DNA of 64,000 nt, taken from the IMG/VR virus record IMGVR_UViG_3300046170_000524; one strand, given 5' to 3'. Position numbers and translations under genes: made by a program. The stretch's first letter is position 1, and every line of letters starts with the position of its first letter. The notes below the pieces were generated by a model. It saw only the letters and a program-made list of their open reading frames with translations, was not told the DNA's origin and did no database searches. Source of the DNA: a virus. Of this stretch, positions 22,638 through 31,882 are shown in pieces.

Positions 22638-23036
22638 ATGATTAAGACAAAGCCTCACGACAAAAAGTATGAGATTAATTTTAATCAACCTGTCTACGCT
22701 TACAAAAACCTTCACAAAGATTGTTGGAGTATTCGTCAAGATGGATTGGTTAAGGCTCACACAAAAGAACTTTCCATGCACAGTTGCGTGTTTAAAGTCA
22801 GTAAGCATGGAAGAGCAAGAGTGCTAAAAGAAAAACGCAAAAATGTTCATGCAGGTATTGAAGGTTACATTGAACCTTGGTTTGTTGGTAAATGGATTGA
22901 CTCGCATCCAACAGCAAGACCCGTTACTTACAATCCTTACAAGTACGAGAATTTTGTTGACAAGGACACAGAACAAATGGTAGACTATGCTATTGCCGTA
23001 AGACTAGAACCCAAACAAGTATTAGCAGTATTATGA
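22638..23036 (+). CDS. Conserved phage hypothetical protein
   Basis: YKNLH...WS...H...FKVS..GR.RV..EKRKNVHA motif; leaderless ATGATTAAGA start. Confidence 0.75.
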   Translation: MIKTKPHDKKYEINFNQPVYAYKNLHKDCWSIRQDGLVKAHTKELSMHSCVFKVSKHGRARVLKEKRKNVHAGIEGYIEPWFVGKWIDSHPTARPVTYNPYKYENFVDKDTEQMVDYAIAVRLEPKQVLAVL

Positions 23037-24269
23037 CACAAGCAAAAATTAGAGAAGAAATTCTAAGCATAGTTCGAGGAGAACTTGCATGGGCAGATCC
23101 AATGTCCAAAGTATGCTTAGATCAGCACGAATTGCATCCAAAAAAGTTTCCGATTGGCTCAACTTTTCAATCAGCCGAAGAAGTCTTAGACGACATAATT
23201 CATGGCTTGACATCTTTACGAGATGAGATTAGAATAGAATCTTCATTTCAATCCGCACAACTCTAACAAAAGGTAAATTATGGGATTAGATCAAGAAGCA
23301 TACTCACGAGGCAAAGACGAAGAAAGTTCTTTCTCTCATTATTGGCGAAAGCATAATCGTCTCCAAGGATGGATGGAAAACCTTTGGGAAGAAAAAGGTA
23401 GACCAAATTCTCGCACAGAAAATGATCCAATGGGAGACTTTAATTGTGTTGAGCTAGAATTAACAAGAGAAGACATTGATTTGCTAGAGGAAGCAGTAAA
23501 TGATTTTGCATTACCTGAAACACAAGGATTTTTCTTTGGAGATGATTCTTACTTCTACAAAGATGACAATGGAGAATCTCTTCCTGAGAACGATTACTAC
23601 CACAAAGAGCAAGATTTGCAATTCATCGAAGATGCAAAAAAAGCTCTTGACAAAGGTGAGAAAGTTTACTATTCTAGTTGGTATTGATTATGGAAGAACT
23701 ACAAAACACAATTAACGATCTGCAAGCTAGACTAGCAATAGTTGGCGGAGGCAGGATCATTATTACTAGCGACCATGTTTCGATTCGTCTCGGAAGGGAA
23801 CATGAATACTTTGAGGTTCAAGAACAAAGTTCTTTTGACTCGCCAAACGAAGTCGATGTGGAAATGCACAAACAAATGTACAATTACTAAAATGGAAAAC
23901 GAAAATTACATTAATGCGGTTTGCGAAGGCGAGCCATTAGAAACGCCATCCTACAATCAGGATTCAGAAACTTGGAGTTTATGGTTTGAGGAATCAGAAA
24001 CCCCTTACCATCCATATTTTCAAAAGGATTTAATCGAGGTTCATTTTGAATCTCAAGCGGAAGCAGAGAGTGCTTACAACCATTATTCACAAATTAACCA
24101 AGGTTAATCATGTCGAATTCAGCTCAATCATTGCAGAAGAAAGTTCGTGAAATAGGTTTTAATTTAGCTATGATCGAAAAGCGTGGGCTTCGGGGCAAGG
24201 ATCATCTTGCTCGCAGGCTTGCACACAATCTCTTGCTTAATCAGCTTTACGAGTTAGAGAAAAAGGTTT
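23033..24269 (+). other. Small hypothetical CDS (23033-23266, 23280-23687, 23690-23890, 23892-24107, ~24109-24270)
   Basis: 23280-23687 carries the widespread phage motif MGLD...YWRKHN..GW...FNC...GFFFG...YYSSW. Confidence 0.65.
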
Positions 24270-24278
24270 AGTAGGTTT

Positions 24279-24316
24279 GGGTTCGGTGGGTTAATCCTGC
24301 CGAACCCTTCTACTTT
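24279..24316 (+). terminator. Intrinsic terminator-like hairpin
   Basis: GGGTTCGG/CCGAACCC stem then TTCTACTTT. Confidence 0.65.
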
Positions 24317-24397
24317 ATTGCACAATTTTACTCAGGCCCCCCGCAAAAGAATAAGTCAATTATTTAGTAGAATGTTTTTTGCATTTGGGGGTTGACA
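24312..24397 (+). repeat. GC-core cassette element P2
   Basis: ATTGCACAAT, GGCCCCCC, TAGTAGAA, TTGACA. Confidence 0.7.
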
Positions 24398-24562
24398 ATA
24401 CCGGATTTTCTGTCATACTAGTAAACATAAAGGCGATAATCACAAACAAAAAAAATTAGTCGAAACAAAAAAAACTTAATTGAAGAAAAAAAAGCTTGAC
24501 AGATTAGACCAAATTTAGTACAATTAACTCATCAAAGACAATAACTCACAAAGCTAAAAATT

Positions 24563-25315
24563 ATGACAAAAGAAATTAATCTCTCCGTATGTGCAACCAA
24601 AGAATCTTCCTTTAAGGATGTTGAGAATGTAGTGACCCCTCAAGCCACTGACTCTTGGCGACCAATTGGTCACGCTGACCTTGTTAATCGAGTGCAAAAA
24701 CAAATGAAAGGTAATGGTTGGGAAATCGTTAAAACTTACCACTCTCTTCACCGCTTCGGTCAACGCTACTTCGGACTTTTTCATGTTAAGAATACAGGAG
24801 TTGACAACGATGAGCGTGGCACAATCGTTGGGCTTCGTAATTCTCACGACAAATGCTTTCCTGCAGGACTTTGCATGGGCAATGCTCCATTTGTTTGCTC
24901 AAACTTGATTTTTACCAATGAAGTTGTGCTTGCTCGTAGGCATACCAAGAACATCTTGAATGATCTTTCACAAGTAATCGCTCGCACTCTCGGCAAGATG
25001 ACTGAGACATGGGCAAGCGATGAGCAACGCATCAAAGCCTACAAAGAGCATGAACTCGGCAATGAGCAAGCTCATGATCTTGTCATCCGTGCTTACCAAA
25101 ACGGAGCTATTCCAAAAGCAAAGATTGCCGATGTTGTTGAGCAATGGCACAAGCCTGAACATGATGACTTTTCACCTCGCACCATGCACTCATTGTACAA
25201 TGGATTCACTCACATTCTAAAGGGTGGAATTACCGCCTTGCCAAATCGTTCACTTGCATTGCATGGTGTTCTTGACTCGGAAGTCGGTTTGACTTCTCAA
25301 GTTGCAGTTTCTTAA
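24563..25315 (+). CDS. DUF932-family protein
   Basis: RYFGLF, GLRNSHDK, G...FVCSNL motifs. Confidence 0.75.
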   Translation: MTKEINLSVCATKESSFKDVENVVTPQATDSWRPIGHADLVNRVQKQMKGNGWEIVKTYHSLHRFGQRYFGLFHVKNTGVDNDERGTIVGLRNSHDKCFPAGLCMGNAPFVCSNLIFTNEVVLARRHTKNILNDLSQVIARTLGKMTETWASDEQRIKAYKEHELGNEQAHDLVIRAYQNGAIPKAKIADVVEQWHKPEHDDFSPRTMHSLYNGFTHILKGGITALPNRSLALHGVLDSEVGLTSQVAVS

Positions 25316-25359
25316 TCATAACCTAACCTAATCTAAAAATCATTAAAACTAATAATACT

Positions 25360-25590
25360 ATGAAAAAACAGCCAAAACTACAAAATGTCGTTGATTCTCT
25401 CAAAGGTCGTTTCACTTCTCTTCTTGTCAAGAGAGGCGAGCAAAGAAGGGTGTATTCCGCCAAAATCACAGGAGTGACTTCTCGTCATGTGATGTTCAAG
25501 GATACCAACGGAGGCAATCGTCGAGTCAATCGTCGTCATGTGCTTCGAGCCACTTGTGCTGACAAAACTTTTAAGAGGTCGGTGAGTTAG
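25360..25590 (+). CDS. Small basic hypothetical protein
   Basis: 76 aa, Arg/Lys rich. Confidence 0.6.
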   Translation: MKKQPKLQNVVDSLKGRFTSLLVKRGEQRRVYSAKITGVTSRHVMFKDTNGGNRRVNRRHVLRATCADKTFKRSVS

Positions 25591-25616
25591 TGATTCGCTC
25601 GTAAAGAGCAAAGATT

Positions 25617-25641
25617 AAGCCTCCCGAAAGGGAGGCTTTTT
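25617..25641 (+). terminator. Intrinsic terminator
   Basis: GCCTCCC-GAAA-GGGAGGC-TTTTT. Confidence 0.9.
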
Positions 25642-25647
25642 CTTTTA

Positions 25648-25722
25648 TAAAGTTAACCTATTCAATCCGGGCCCCCCGGCAGTAGAATCGTGCAAAAACT
25701 TAGTTGAATTTTGGACTTGACT
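25648..25722 (+). repeat. GC-core cassette element P3
   Basis: TAAAGTT...GGGCCCCCC...GTGCAA...TAGTTGAA...TTGACT. Confidence 0.8.
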
Positions 25723-25750
25723 TTAGGCAAGAATTTTTCATAATGAAACC

Positions 25751-26461
25751 ATGATTAAGACAAAAGCACCATTCACAGACCTTTACTCTTCATTTAAAAA
25801 AATTGCCGAACTTGGTTATGTTCAGAGTATGAGACCAGGATCAACAGGAGTTGGATATACTCTTGAAACATTATTGGGCATTAAAGAGAATAGCGATTCT
25901 TCACCTGATCTTGGGACGCACGAGTTAAAGACGACAAGAAAAAAGAGTAAAACTTTGCAGACTTTATTTACTTATGCAACAACAAAAAATTGGAAATTAT
26001 CCAAACGAGAAGTTGTTTATCGTTATGGAACTATCTCAAGAAAAGGAGATACTTTTAACGCTTACAATAGCATAGGAAAAGAACCTAATAAAAATGGTTT
26101 TTACTATGAAACAACAGAAGACTATTTAGTCGTTAAAAATAGGGATGTAGAAATTCTAAGGTGGACATGGGAAGAATTAGGGCATAAGTTTGAAAACAAA
26201 TTTCCTGCTTGCATTAAAGTCTTTGCGAATTCTAAACTAGTAAACAGAAACGAATACTTTCATTTTAATGAAGTCCATCATTACAAAAATGCAGACAAAT
26301 CAAAGTTCAGGAATATGTTCGTGCTCGACAAAATTTCAATTGATTTAAGATTAAAGGTTAGTTCGAGAGATCTTGTAAGAGTTATCGACAAAGGTACAGC
26401 TTTTAGGATTAAAGAGCAAAACATGGAAGATTTATTTGAAAAAGAAGTTATTTTTTCTTGA
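25751..26461 (+). CDS. MvaI/BcnI-family restriction-endonuclease-like protein
   Basis: GSTGVGYTLETLLGIKEN...PDL...ELKT.R...TLFT signature. Confidence 0.7.
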   Translation: MIKTKAPFTDLYSSFKKIAELGYVQSMRPGSTGVGYTLETLLGIKENSDSSPDLGTHELKTTRKKSKTLQTLFTYATTKNWKLSKREVVYRYGTISRKGDTFNAYNSIGKEPNKNGFYYETTEDYLVVKNRDVEILRWTWEELGHKFENKFPACIKVFANSKLVNRNEYFHFNEVHHYKNADKSKFRNMFVLDKISIDLRLKVSSRDLVRVIDKGTAFRIKEQNMEDLFEKEVIFS

Positions 26462-26491
26462 CTTTCACTACCCATCTGTCATAATGAAACC

Positions 26492-27232
26492 ATGATTAAG
26501 ACAACAATTCTCACTCAAGGAAACGCAAAGATAGTCAAAGGCGAGGAGCTTGGCTATGTAACAAAAGGCATTCATTTCGCTCCTGCTAGTCTCTCAGGTA
26601 ATGAAGTTTGCCAATGGCGAAGCAAAGGTTGCACAGCATCTTGCCTTAACACAGCAGGTCGTGGACAAATGAATTCAATTCAGGCATCAAGAGTAGCAAA
26701 GACAAAACTATTTTTTGACAAGAAAAAAGAATTCATGTACAAGTTGTGCAAAGAAATTGCTTCTTCAATCAAGACTTCAACCAAGAAAGGAATGAAATCA
26801 GTTTTCCGCCTCAATCTAACTAGCGACATTGCTTGGGAAGATGTTTACATGAAAGACCCAGATTACAACATCTTTGAATACTTCTGTGGAGAACAATTCT
26901 ACGATTACACAAAGTCATTCAAGAGAATGTGTGCTTTTCTTGGTAAACCTTTTACTAAAGATGAACAAAAATTTCCATCTAATTACCATCTAACTTTTTC
27001 TCGCTCAGAAAACAATGACAAGAAATGTGAAATGGTTCTTGCTATGGGTGGTAATGTTGCCGTTGTGTTTCGCAACCAACTTCCGCAAACTTGGAAAGGT
27101 TACAAAGTTGTCAATGGTGACGAAAACGATTTGCGTTTTCTCGACAAGCAAGGTGTTGTTGTTGGCTTAATCGAGAAAGGTTTAGCAAAGAAAGATGAAA
27201 CAGGATTTGTACAGGAAGGAGTAAACTCATGA
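26492..27232 (+). CDS. GP88-family phage protein
   Basis: C...S.GC...CLN.AGRG, RLNLTSD, QFYDYTK, LTFS.SE.N, GDENDLRFLD. Confidence 0.8.
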   Translation: MIKTTILTQGNAKIVKGEELGYVTKGIHFAPASLSGNEVCQWRSKGCTASCLNTAGRGQMNSIQASRVAKTKLFFDKKKEFMYKLCKEIASSIKTSTKKGMKSVFRLNLTSDIAWEDVYMKDPDYNIFEYFCGEQFYDYTKSFKRMCAFLGKPFTKDEQKFPSNYHLTFSRSENNDKKCEMVLAMGGNVAVVFRNQLPQTWKGYKVVNGDENDLRFLDKQGVVVGLIEKGLAKKDETGFVQEGVNS

Positions 27233-27396
27233 GTGATACTTATTACGATTCAGCCGAAGAAATTAAACTCTCACAAAGCGAAGCATTTAATGTGCTTGCT
27301 CAACATGGTTGCCAAGAGCTTGATGAATTTTTTCAAGACATGGGCGACAAAGAAGAGTATGATGCACAAAAAGTGTTGGAATGGTTAGGCTACTAA
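27229..27396 (+). CDS. Small acidic hypothetical protein
   Basis: Hand translation ending EEYDAQKVLEWLGY; its stop codon is the first 3 nt of element P4. Confidence 0.6.
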   Translation: MSDTYYDSAEEIKLSQSEAFNVLAQHGCQELDEFFQDMGDKEEYDAQKVLEWLGY

Positions 27397-27470
27397 AAAG
27401 TTAACCAATCCTGCCGCGGGGGGGCTGCGATAGAATAGTGCAAAAACTTAGTAGAATATTAGTCTTGACT
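27394..27470 (+). repeat. GC-core cassette element P4 (core reads G7 instead of C6)
   Basis: TAAAAAGTT...CGGGGGGGC...GTGCAA...TAGTAGAA...TTGACT. Confidence 0.75.
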
Positions 27471-27499
27471 TCGCTAGAGGTTCTGTCATAATGATACTT

Positions 27500-27600
27500 A
27501 CCGACACGATTTAACCAAGCTGCAAATTGGTGGTAATGAAGAGAAGCATGATTGCAGTCACCGCTCCACTCTTGAGGGTTCAATTCCCTCCGTGTTCGGT
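27500..27600 (+). ncRNA. tRNA-like small RNA (acceptor-like stem plus T-arm)
   Basis: Starts at +1 of TTGACT-16-CATAAT; ACCGA-CACG pairs with CGTG-T-TCGGT; T-arm GAGGG-TTCAATT-CCCTC; no canonical D/anticodon arms. Confidence 0.55.
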
Positions 27601-27645
27601 ATGATTTTTTCTTGACTTTCACCATCAATCTGTCACAATTAAACT

Positions 27646-28716
27646 ATGATTAAGATTAGAAAAACCATTCTCTTCACCAAGTCTAGACCTCACAAGCTTA
27701 AGACTAAAGTGATTCATCGTAAACTCAAACACAAGGAGATTTTAAAAAATGTTCATTAAAGAAAATTCTGAAGAAATTCCTAACTCAAAAGAGGCTATGA
27801 GTCTTTGCATGGCATACCTCTGGGAAAATGTCATTGAACCAAGTAGCAAGGAAGGCGTCATTAGTCTAAAAAATTATGACATGATTAAAGAGATTGGTCA
27901 TGCTTTAACCATCATTGGAGAAAAAGCTCATGCCTACGAGAAAATGATTGACAACAACGAGCAATTTCCTTACAATCCTAATTAATGAAACACTTGCTAA
28001 CTAAATCAAATGACGGATGCTTCATTATTGTAAGCTCAGAAGAAAAGACAGACAAAAATGATCTGTTCATCTCTGAAGACACATTCAAAAAGAACATTAA
28101 CACTAAAACATTCGTAAAACACTCAACGCTAACCCATAATTCACAACCAATCTACATTTACCATGAAGACCTTTGATGACTTAAAATTCGCACCTCACCC
28201 TCACGCAAAAGATTTGGGAGTGACGGCAAGTTTAACCCTTGACAATGGCTATGCTTTCAGCGTTGTTGCTAATACTGATGGTGGTGATCTGTTTTACGGC
28301 AATCACCCAAACACTTTTGAGGTTGCAGTCTTCAATCAACGAGGTGACTTTGTTCCACTCTCTGTTTCGGACGATGTGCTTGGTTGGCAAGCTCCACACC
28401 AAGTGACTTCGCTGATGCATCAATTTGAGATTGACGGAATCAAGCACGAAAAATTACTTCACGATCTTCGGAATGACTTCAACGAAAAAGTAGTAAAAAA
28501 ACACAAAGAAAGGGCAGGATTATGAATAGTTACCAAATACTAAAGAACGGCGAGCCAATGGGCATTCAAGGAACTTTTGACTACATTGTCAACGCAATAC
28601 GAAACCTTGAATCAAATCTTGATCGAGCAACTGAACATTCACCTTTTACTGTTGCACTCGTAAATACTCAAGCTAAAATAACAAAAAATTTAGTGGAAAC
28701 AACAAATACTAAATAA
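27646..28716 (+). other. Small hypothetical CDS (27646-27759, 27749-27985, 27985-28176, 28163-28525, 28522-28716)
   Basis: First is leaderless (TTGACT-16-CACAAT-6-ATGATTAAGA); the rest have overlapping start/stop. Confidence 0.6.
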
Positions 28717-28769
28717 TAAATAACAAATACTAAATAAAAGAATAGGTCAATCATATAAAAATTATATTA

Positions 28770-28832
28770 TAAAAGTATTTAATTAACCGATTCTATCAGG
28801 GCCCCCCTGCAGTGGGATAAGATAACTTTTTA
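28770..28832 (+). repeat. GC-core element P5 at the convergence point of the two early arms
   Basis: GGGCCCCCC without downstream promoter; preceded by CAAATACTAAATAA x2 (28703, 28724). Confidence 0.6.
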
Positions 28833-28837
28833 AGAGG

Positions 28838-29023
28838 TTACTCCCATTGGGAGTGAAATCCCCAATCAATGTCGGGCTGGTCTTCAAATTGTATGAGTGA
28901 GATCTGGTCTTCCAGCTCGCCAATTTCATTGCGTATTGCAATTCTTTGAGAGTCGGTCAAGATGCACTCTTTAAGAACTTTGTGAAGTTCGAGGATTTCT
29001 TTTTGCATTTCGTTTTTGGTCAT
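28838..29023 (-). CDS. Hypothetical protein
   Basis: 61 aa helical hairpin-like. Confidence 0.6.
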   Translation of the reverse strand: MTKNEMQKEILELHKVLKECILTDSQRIAIRNEIGELEDQISLIQFEDQPDIDWGFHSQWE

Positions 29024-29063
29024 AAAAGTAATTTAGCAAAGTAAAAAAGTAATTGCAAGCTTT

Positions 29064-29291
29064 TTATTCATCCATTAACCACTCGTCAAGTGCGTAAATG
29101 TCAAGCTCTTCATCTTTAAAGCTCGCTCCGTCAGGAGTAGCAAACATTCCTGCATTTTCAAGGCAACTTGCAAGATCCTTAAAGCTCACAAATCTACGAG
29201 AGAGCTTGTAAAGGAATTCGTCATTATCTAACCAAAGAGCGACATTCCAAGTTGCCCAATTTTTCCATCCGTTGTATGTTGTATCTGTCAT
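29064..29291 (-). CDS. Conserved phage hypothetical protein
   Basis: YNGWKNWATWNVALWLDND motif; TTGACT-17-TACATT-6-ATG. Confidence 0.75.
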   Translation of the reverse strand: MTDTTYNGWKNWATWNVALWLDNDEFLYKLSRRFVSFKDLASCLENAGMFATPDGASFKDEELDIYALDEWLMDE

Positions 29292-29320
29292 GATAGTAAT
29301 GTAGTCAAATTTTTCGCAAA

Positions 29321-29397
29321 AGTCAAGAAAAACTTTCAACTATTTTATTGCACAATTCGCTCGCAGGGGGGCCCGAGCCGGATAGTGCAACTTTTTA
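29321..29397 (-). repeat. GC-core cassette element R1
   Basis: Same block order as P3 on the minus strand; hairpin partly degenerate. Confidence 0.85.
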
Positions 29398-29434
29398 ACG
29401 CTAAAGGTCAGGTCACTAAAAGTGACCTATTGAC

Positions 29435-29506
29435 CTAAAGCATGAACCAAAGAAAGAATAATGGAGAGAGGATTATGCAACCTAGTTCTAGTAAAAGTAA
29501 TTCCAT
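29435..29506 (-). CDS. 23 aa hydrophobic micropeptide
   Basis: MELLLLELGCIILSPLFFLWFML. Confidence 0.45.
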   Translation of the reverse strand: MELLLLELGCIILSPLFFLWFML

Positions 29507-29507
29507 T

Positions 29508-29582
29508 TTAGAAAACTGAATCGGTTATTCCACGAAAAATGCCAATGACGAACGCTATTGAGAGAAGTAGTGCTAATTCCAT
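29508..29582 (-). CDS. 24 aa single-TM micropeptide
   Basis: MELALLLSIAFVIGIFRGITDSVF; own promoter TTGACT-17-TACAAT-6-ATG; paralog of 22336-22413. Confidence 0.65.
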   Translation of the reverse strand: MELALLLSIAFVIGIFRGITDSVF

Positions 29583-29619
29583 AATTTAATTGTAGCAAAA
29601 AAAGGCTTGTTAGTCAAGC

Positions 29620-29913
29620 CTATTCTCCGAAGATTTCACGCATTGACGGACTCACGGATTTCATGTCGTGAAGATTTTCGTCATTGTCAAAGTCATCATC
29701 TTCTTCGGCTTTGTCATCAAAAGAAGCAAGCTCTTGAACTTCATCTTGAACATCTTCTTTTTTTGCGTTAAGTAAGCCATATTCGAGAACGAGATCTTCA
29801 GCAAGCTTTTCGACCTTTAATTCTTCAATGAAGTTTTGAAGTACAGGACTTACTTCGGCATTATTATTTTCCGCAATTCTACGGATGTTTTCTAGTCTTT
29901 GTGATTCTGTCAT
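29620..29913 (-). CDS. Highly acidic small protein
   Basis: 97 aa with about 28 D/E. Confidence 0.65.
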   Translation of the reverse strand: MTESQRLENIRRIAENNNAEVSPVLQNFIEELKVEKLAEDLVLEYGLLNAKKEDVQDEVQELASFDDKAEEDDDFDNDENLHDMKSVSPSMREIFGE

Positions 29914-29923
29914 AGTAATTAGA

Positions 29924-30360
29924 TTAAACGAATTTTTCAGGTTTTGCAAGCAAAAACTTCATGAAAGTTTCTTGTGCTTTTTGATTGTCTTGAATCTCGT
30001 CAAGCTCAATTTGGGCATTGATGACCATTTGCATGGATTCAATGTTGCCAAGATCGGCAAGAGGTGTTTGGATTCGAATGATTTCTTTGAGTTCTTTTAT
30101 TTTGTCCATGGTAGTAATCTAGTTGATTTTTTAATTTATTGCAAGCTAAAAACGATTTATTTTTGAATTTCTTTAAACATTTTTTGAAGAGCTTCAACCT
30201 TTTCAATGAGTCCTTGCGTTGTCATTTCTTCAGTCAAAGTCCTTGCGGATTCTTTTTTTTCTGTGTTCATGTAATGCAAAAACTCAATAGACCCTTTGAT
30301 TTGAGCGAGCTTAATTCCGAAGTCGAGTTCTTGGAGGAGTGTTTCTTTTGTCTTAATCAT
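29924..30360 (-). other. Two small hypothetical CDS (29924-30109, 30157-30360)
   Basis: ORF track; 30360 starts ATGATTAAGA 6 nt after a -10 box. Confidence 0.65.
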
Positions 30361-30389
30361 AAGTAAAAACTACCACAGAAACCGGCAAA

Positions 30390-30466
30390 ACACAAGCCTA
30401 AAATTCAACTATTTTATTGCACAATCCGCTCGCGGGGGGCCCGAGTTGGATCGGGCAACTTTTTAG
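30390..30466 (-). repeat. GC-core cassette element R2
   Basis: Contains a 33 bp core identical in R2/R3/R4: GGGGGGCCCGAGTTGGATCGGGCAACTTTTTAG (+ strand). Confidence 0.9.
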
Positions 30467-31080
30467 ACGATTTGGGTTAGTCTATTTATTTTTGCTGTGA
30501 GAGTGATTTGCCTTGCCTCATTCTGCCATTTTTGTGAACTATTACTGAACCTTTTATTTCTAGATAGATTCATCACAGAAAAAGCTCCTTCGTGCAGTCT
30601 ATTCACTACCTTGCACAATTCTCTTGTTTCTTTGATTGGATTTGATTTGTCTTTGACAAAGTCAGAGGTTTGAAGCCAAACATTTTTCATTTTCAAGATT
30701 TCAACATTTGTTCTAATTCTGTAAAATTTTACATCAACTAAATTCTCAGGCGTTCCATCCCAAAAGCCGACAACCAAAACCAAACCTTTTTTAATTGTTT
30801 TTAATTTTCTTGCAATGTCTCCGAGTTGAATTTCTTTGCTTTTTATATTGTAGTATTTTACTTCCCAATCTCCGATCAATTTTTTAGGAACTCCGCCTTG
30901 GCGAACAATTTCTTCAGGAAAGTCAACTTCTGCGTTGTGCTGTTCATGAGTAGGAAAGCCAAAGTAATCAGAGATGAAGCGTTCAAACGCTTTGCCGTGC
31001 TTTCCTCTTTGTTTGTTGTGTACGCTGATATTACGAACATATTGTTTGATTTTTGGGAATGATTTTTGTGCAAGTTTCAT
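30463..31080 (-). CDS. PD-(D/E)xK restriction-endonuclease-like protein
   Basis: HGKAFE...EVD...WEVK...IQLGD...VVGFW pattern. Confidence 0.5.
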   Translation of the reverse strand: MKLAQKSFPKIKQYVRNISVHNKQRGKHGKAFERFISDYFGFPTHEQHNAEVDFPEEIVRQGGVPKKLIGDWEVKYYNIKSKEIQLGDIARKLKTIKKGLVLVVGFWDGTPENLVDVKFYRIRTNVEILKMKNVWLQTSDFVKDKSNPIKETRELCKVVNRLHEGAFSVMNLSRNKRFSNSSQKWQNEARQITLTAKINRLTQIV

Positions 31081-31132
31081 AATTTTATTTTTTAAGCAAT
31101 TAGATTTGAGTTTATATAAATTTTTTTTTCTG

Positions 31133-31333
31133 TCAAGCGTTTCTTTCTACTGATTTCCAACCATAAGCTAAAACTTTGTCATTATAGCGAGCTTGTGGAA
31201 GCATAGCCTTGAGGTCAGAAATTTTTGCATTGATCCAATCAATTTCGCTTTGATCCATTTTACCTTGCCACATTGCAAGTTGGTTTTTTTCTATTGCGAT
31301 TTCGTTTTTTATTTGTTCTGTTGTCTTAATCAT
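31133..31333 (-). CDS. Hypothetical protein
   Basis: 66 aa, ATGATTAAGA start. Confidence 0.65.
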   Translation of the reverse strand: MIKTTEQIKNEIAIEKNQLAMWQGKMDQSEIDWINAKISDLKAMLPQARYNDKVLAYGWKSVERNA

Positions 31334-31489
31334 ATTTACAATCTATTATATATTTTAGCAAAAGTCAAACTTTATTTTACTTTTTTTTGAGTTTTTTTAA
31401 GTTTGAAGGCGAGGAGGATTTTTTCTCTTTCTGTGAGTGGTTGTCTATCTTTTTGATTCATACCTAAACATCGCACAGAAACCCCGAAA

Positions 31490-31567
31490 AGTCAAGAAAA
31501 ACTTTCAACTATTTTATTGCACAATTTGCTCGCAGGGGGGCCCGAGTTGGATCGGGCAACTTTTTAG
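31490..31567 (-). repeat. GC-core cassette element R3
   Basis: 33 bp identical core plus TTCAACTATTTTATTGCACAAT. Confidence 0.9.
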
Positions 31568-31571
31568 TTGG

Positions 31572-31880
31572 TTAAAACACAAGAAGATCTGGCTCAGCAG
31601 TATTAGAAGCGAACCAGTCGGATGGGTTAATTTCTTGACCATTTAGCACAGGCTCGAATTTGTACTGATAGACGCCCGCGTTAGCTATGCCGTTGACGCG
31701 TTCGCGTGTGGTGGGTGTATTCCATCCCGCAAGCGACCACCTAACAAGCCCGTCAGGATCGCGTTTGACAATTGCGTTACCATGTAGCCAAACGGTTTTG
31801 CCGTCTGTCTCGGTGTTGCCGACTTTTAAAGATGTGCCTTGCTCGAAGGCTGCTTTTATTTGTGCTGTTACTTTTCGCAT
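31572..31880 (-). CDS. Conserved phage hypothetical protein
   Basis: MRKVT...AF...GNT...LHGNAI...GW.T.TT.ER.N motif common in phages. Confidence 0.7.
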   Translation of the reverse strand: MRKVTAQIKAAFEQGTSLKVGNTETDGKTVWLHGNAIVKRDPDGLVRWSLAGWNTPTTRERVNGIANAGVYQYKFEPVLNGQEINPSDWFASNTAEPDLLVF

Positions 31881-31882
31881 AA

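Noticed and set aside
27500-27600. Canonical tRNA-Cys, tRNA-Sec or tmRNA
   Set aside because: No D-arm, an 8 nt loop around GCA, no UCA anticodon, and far too short for tmRNA with no tag ORF; kept only as tRNA-like.
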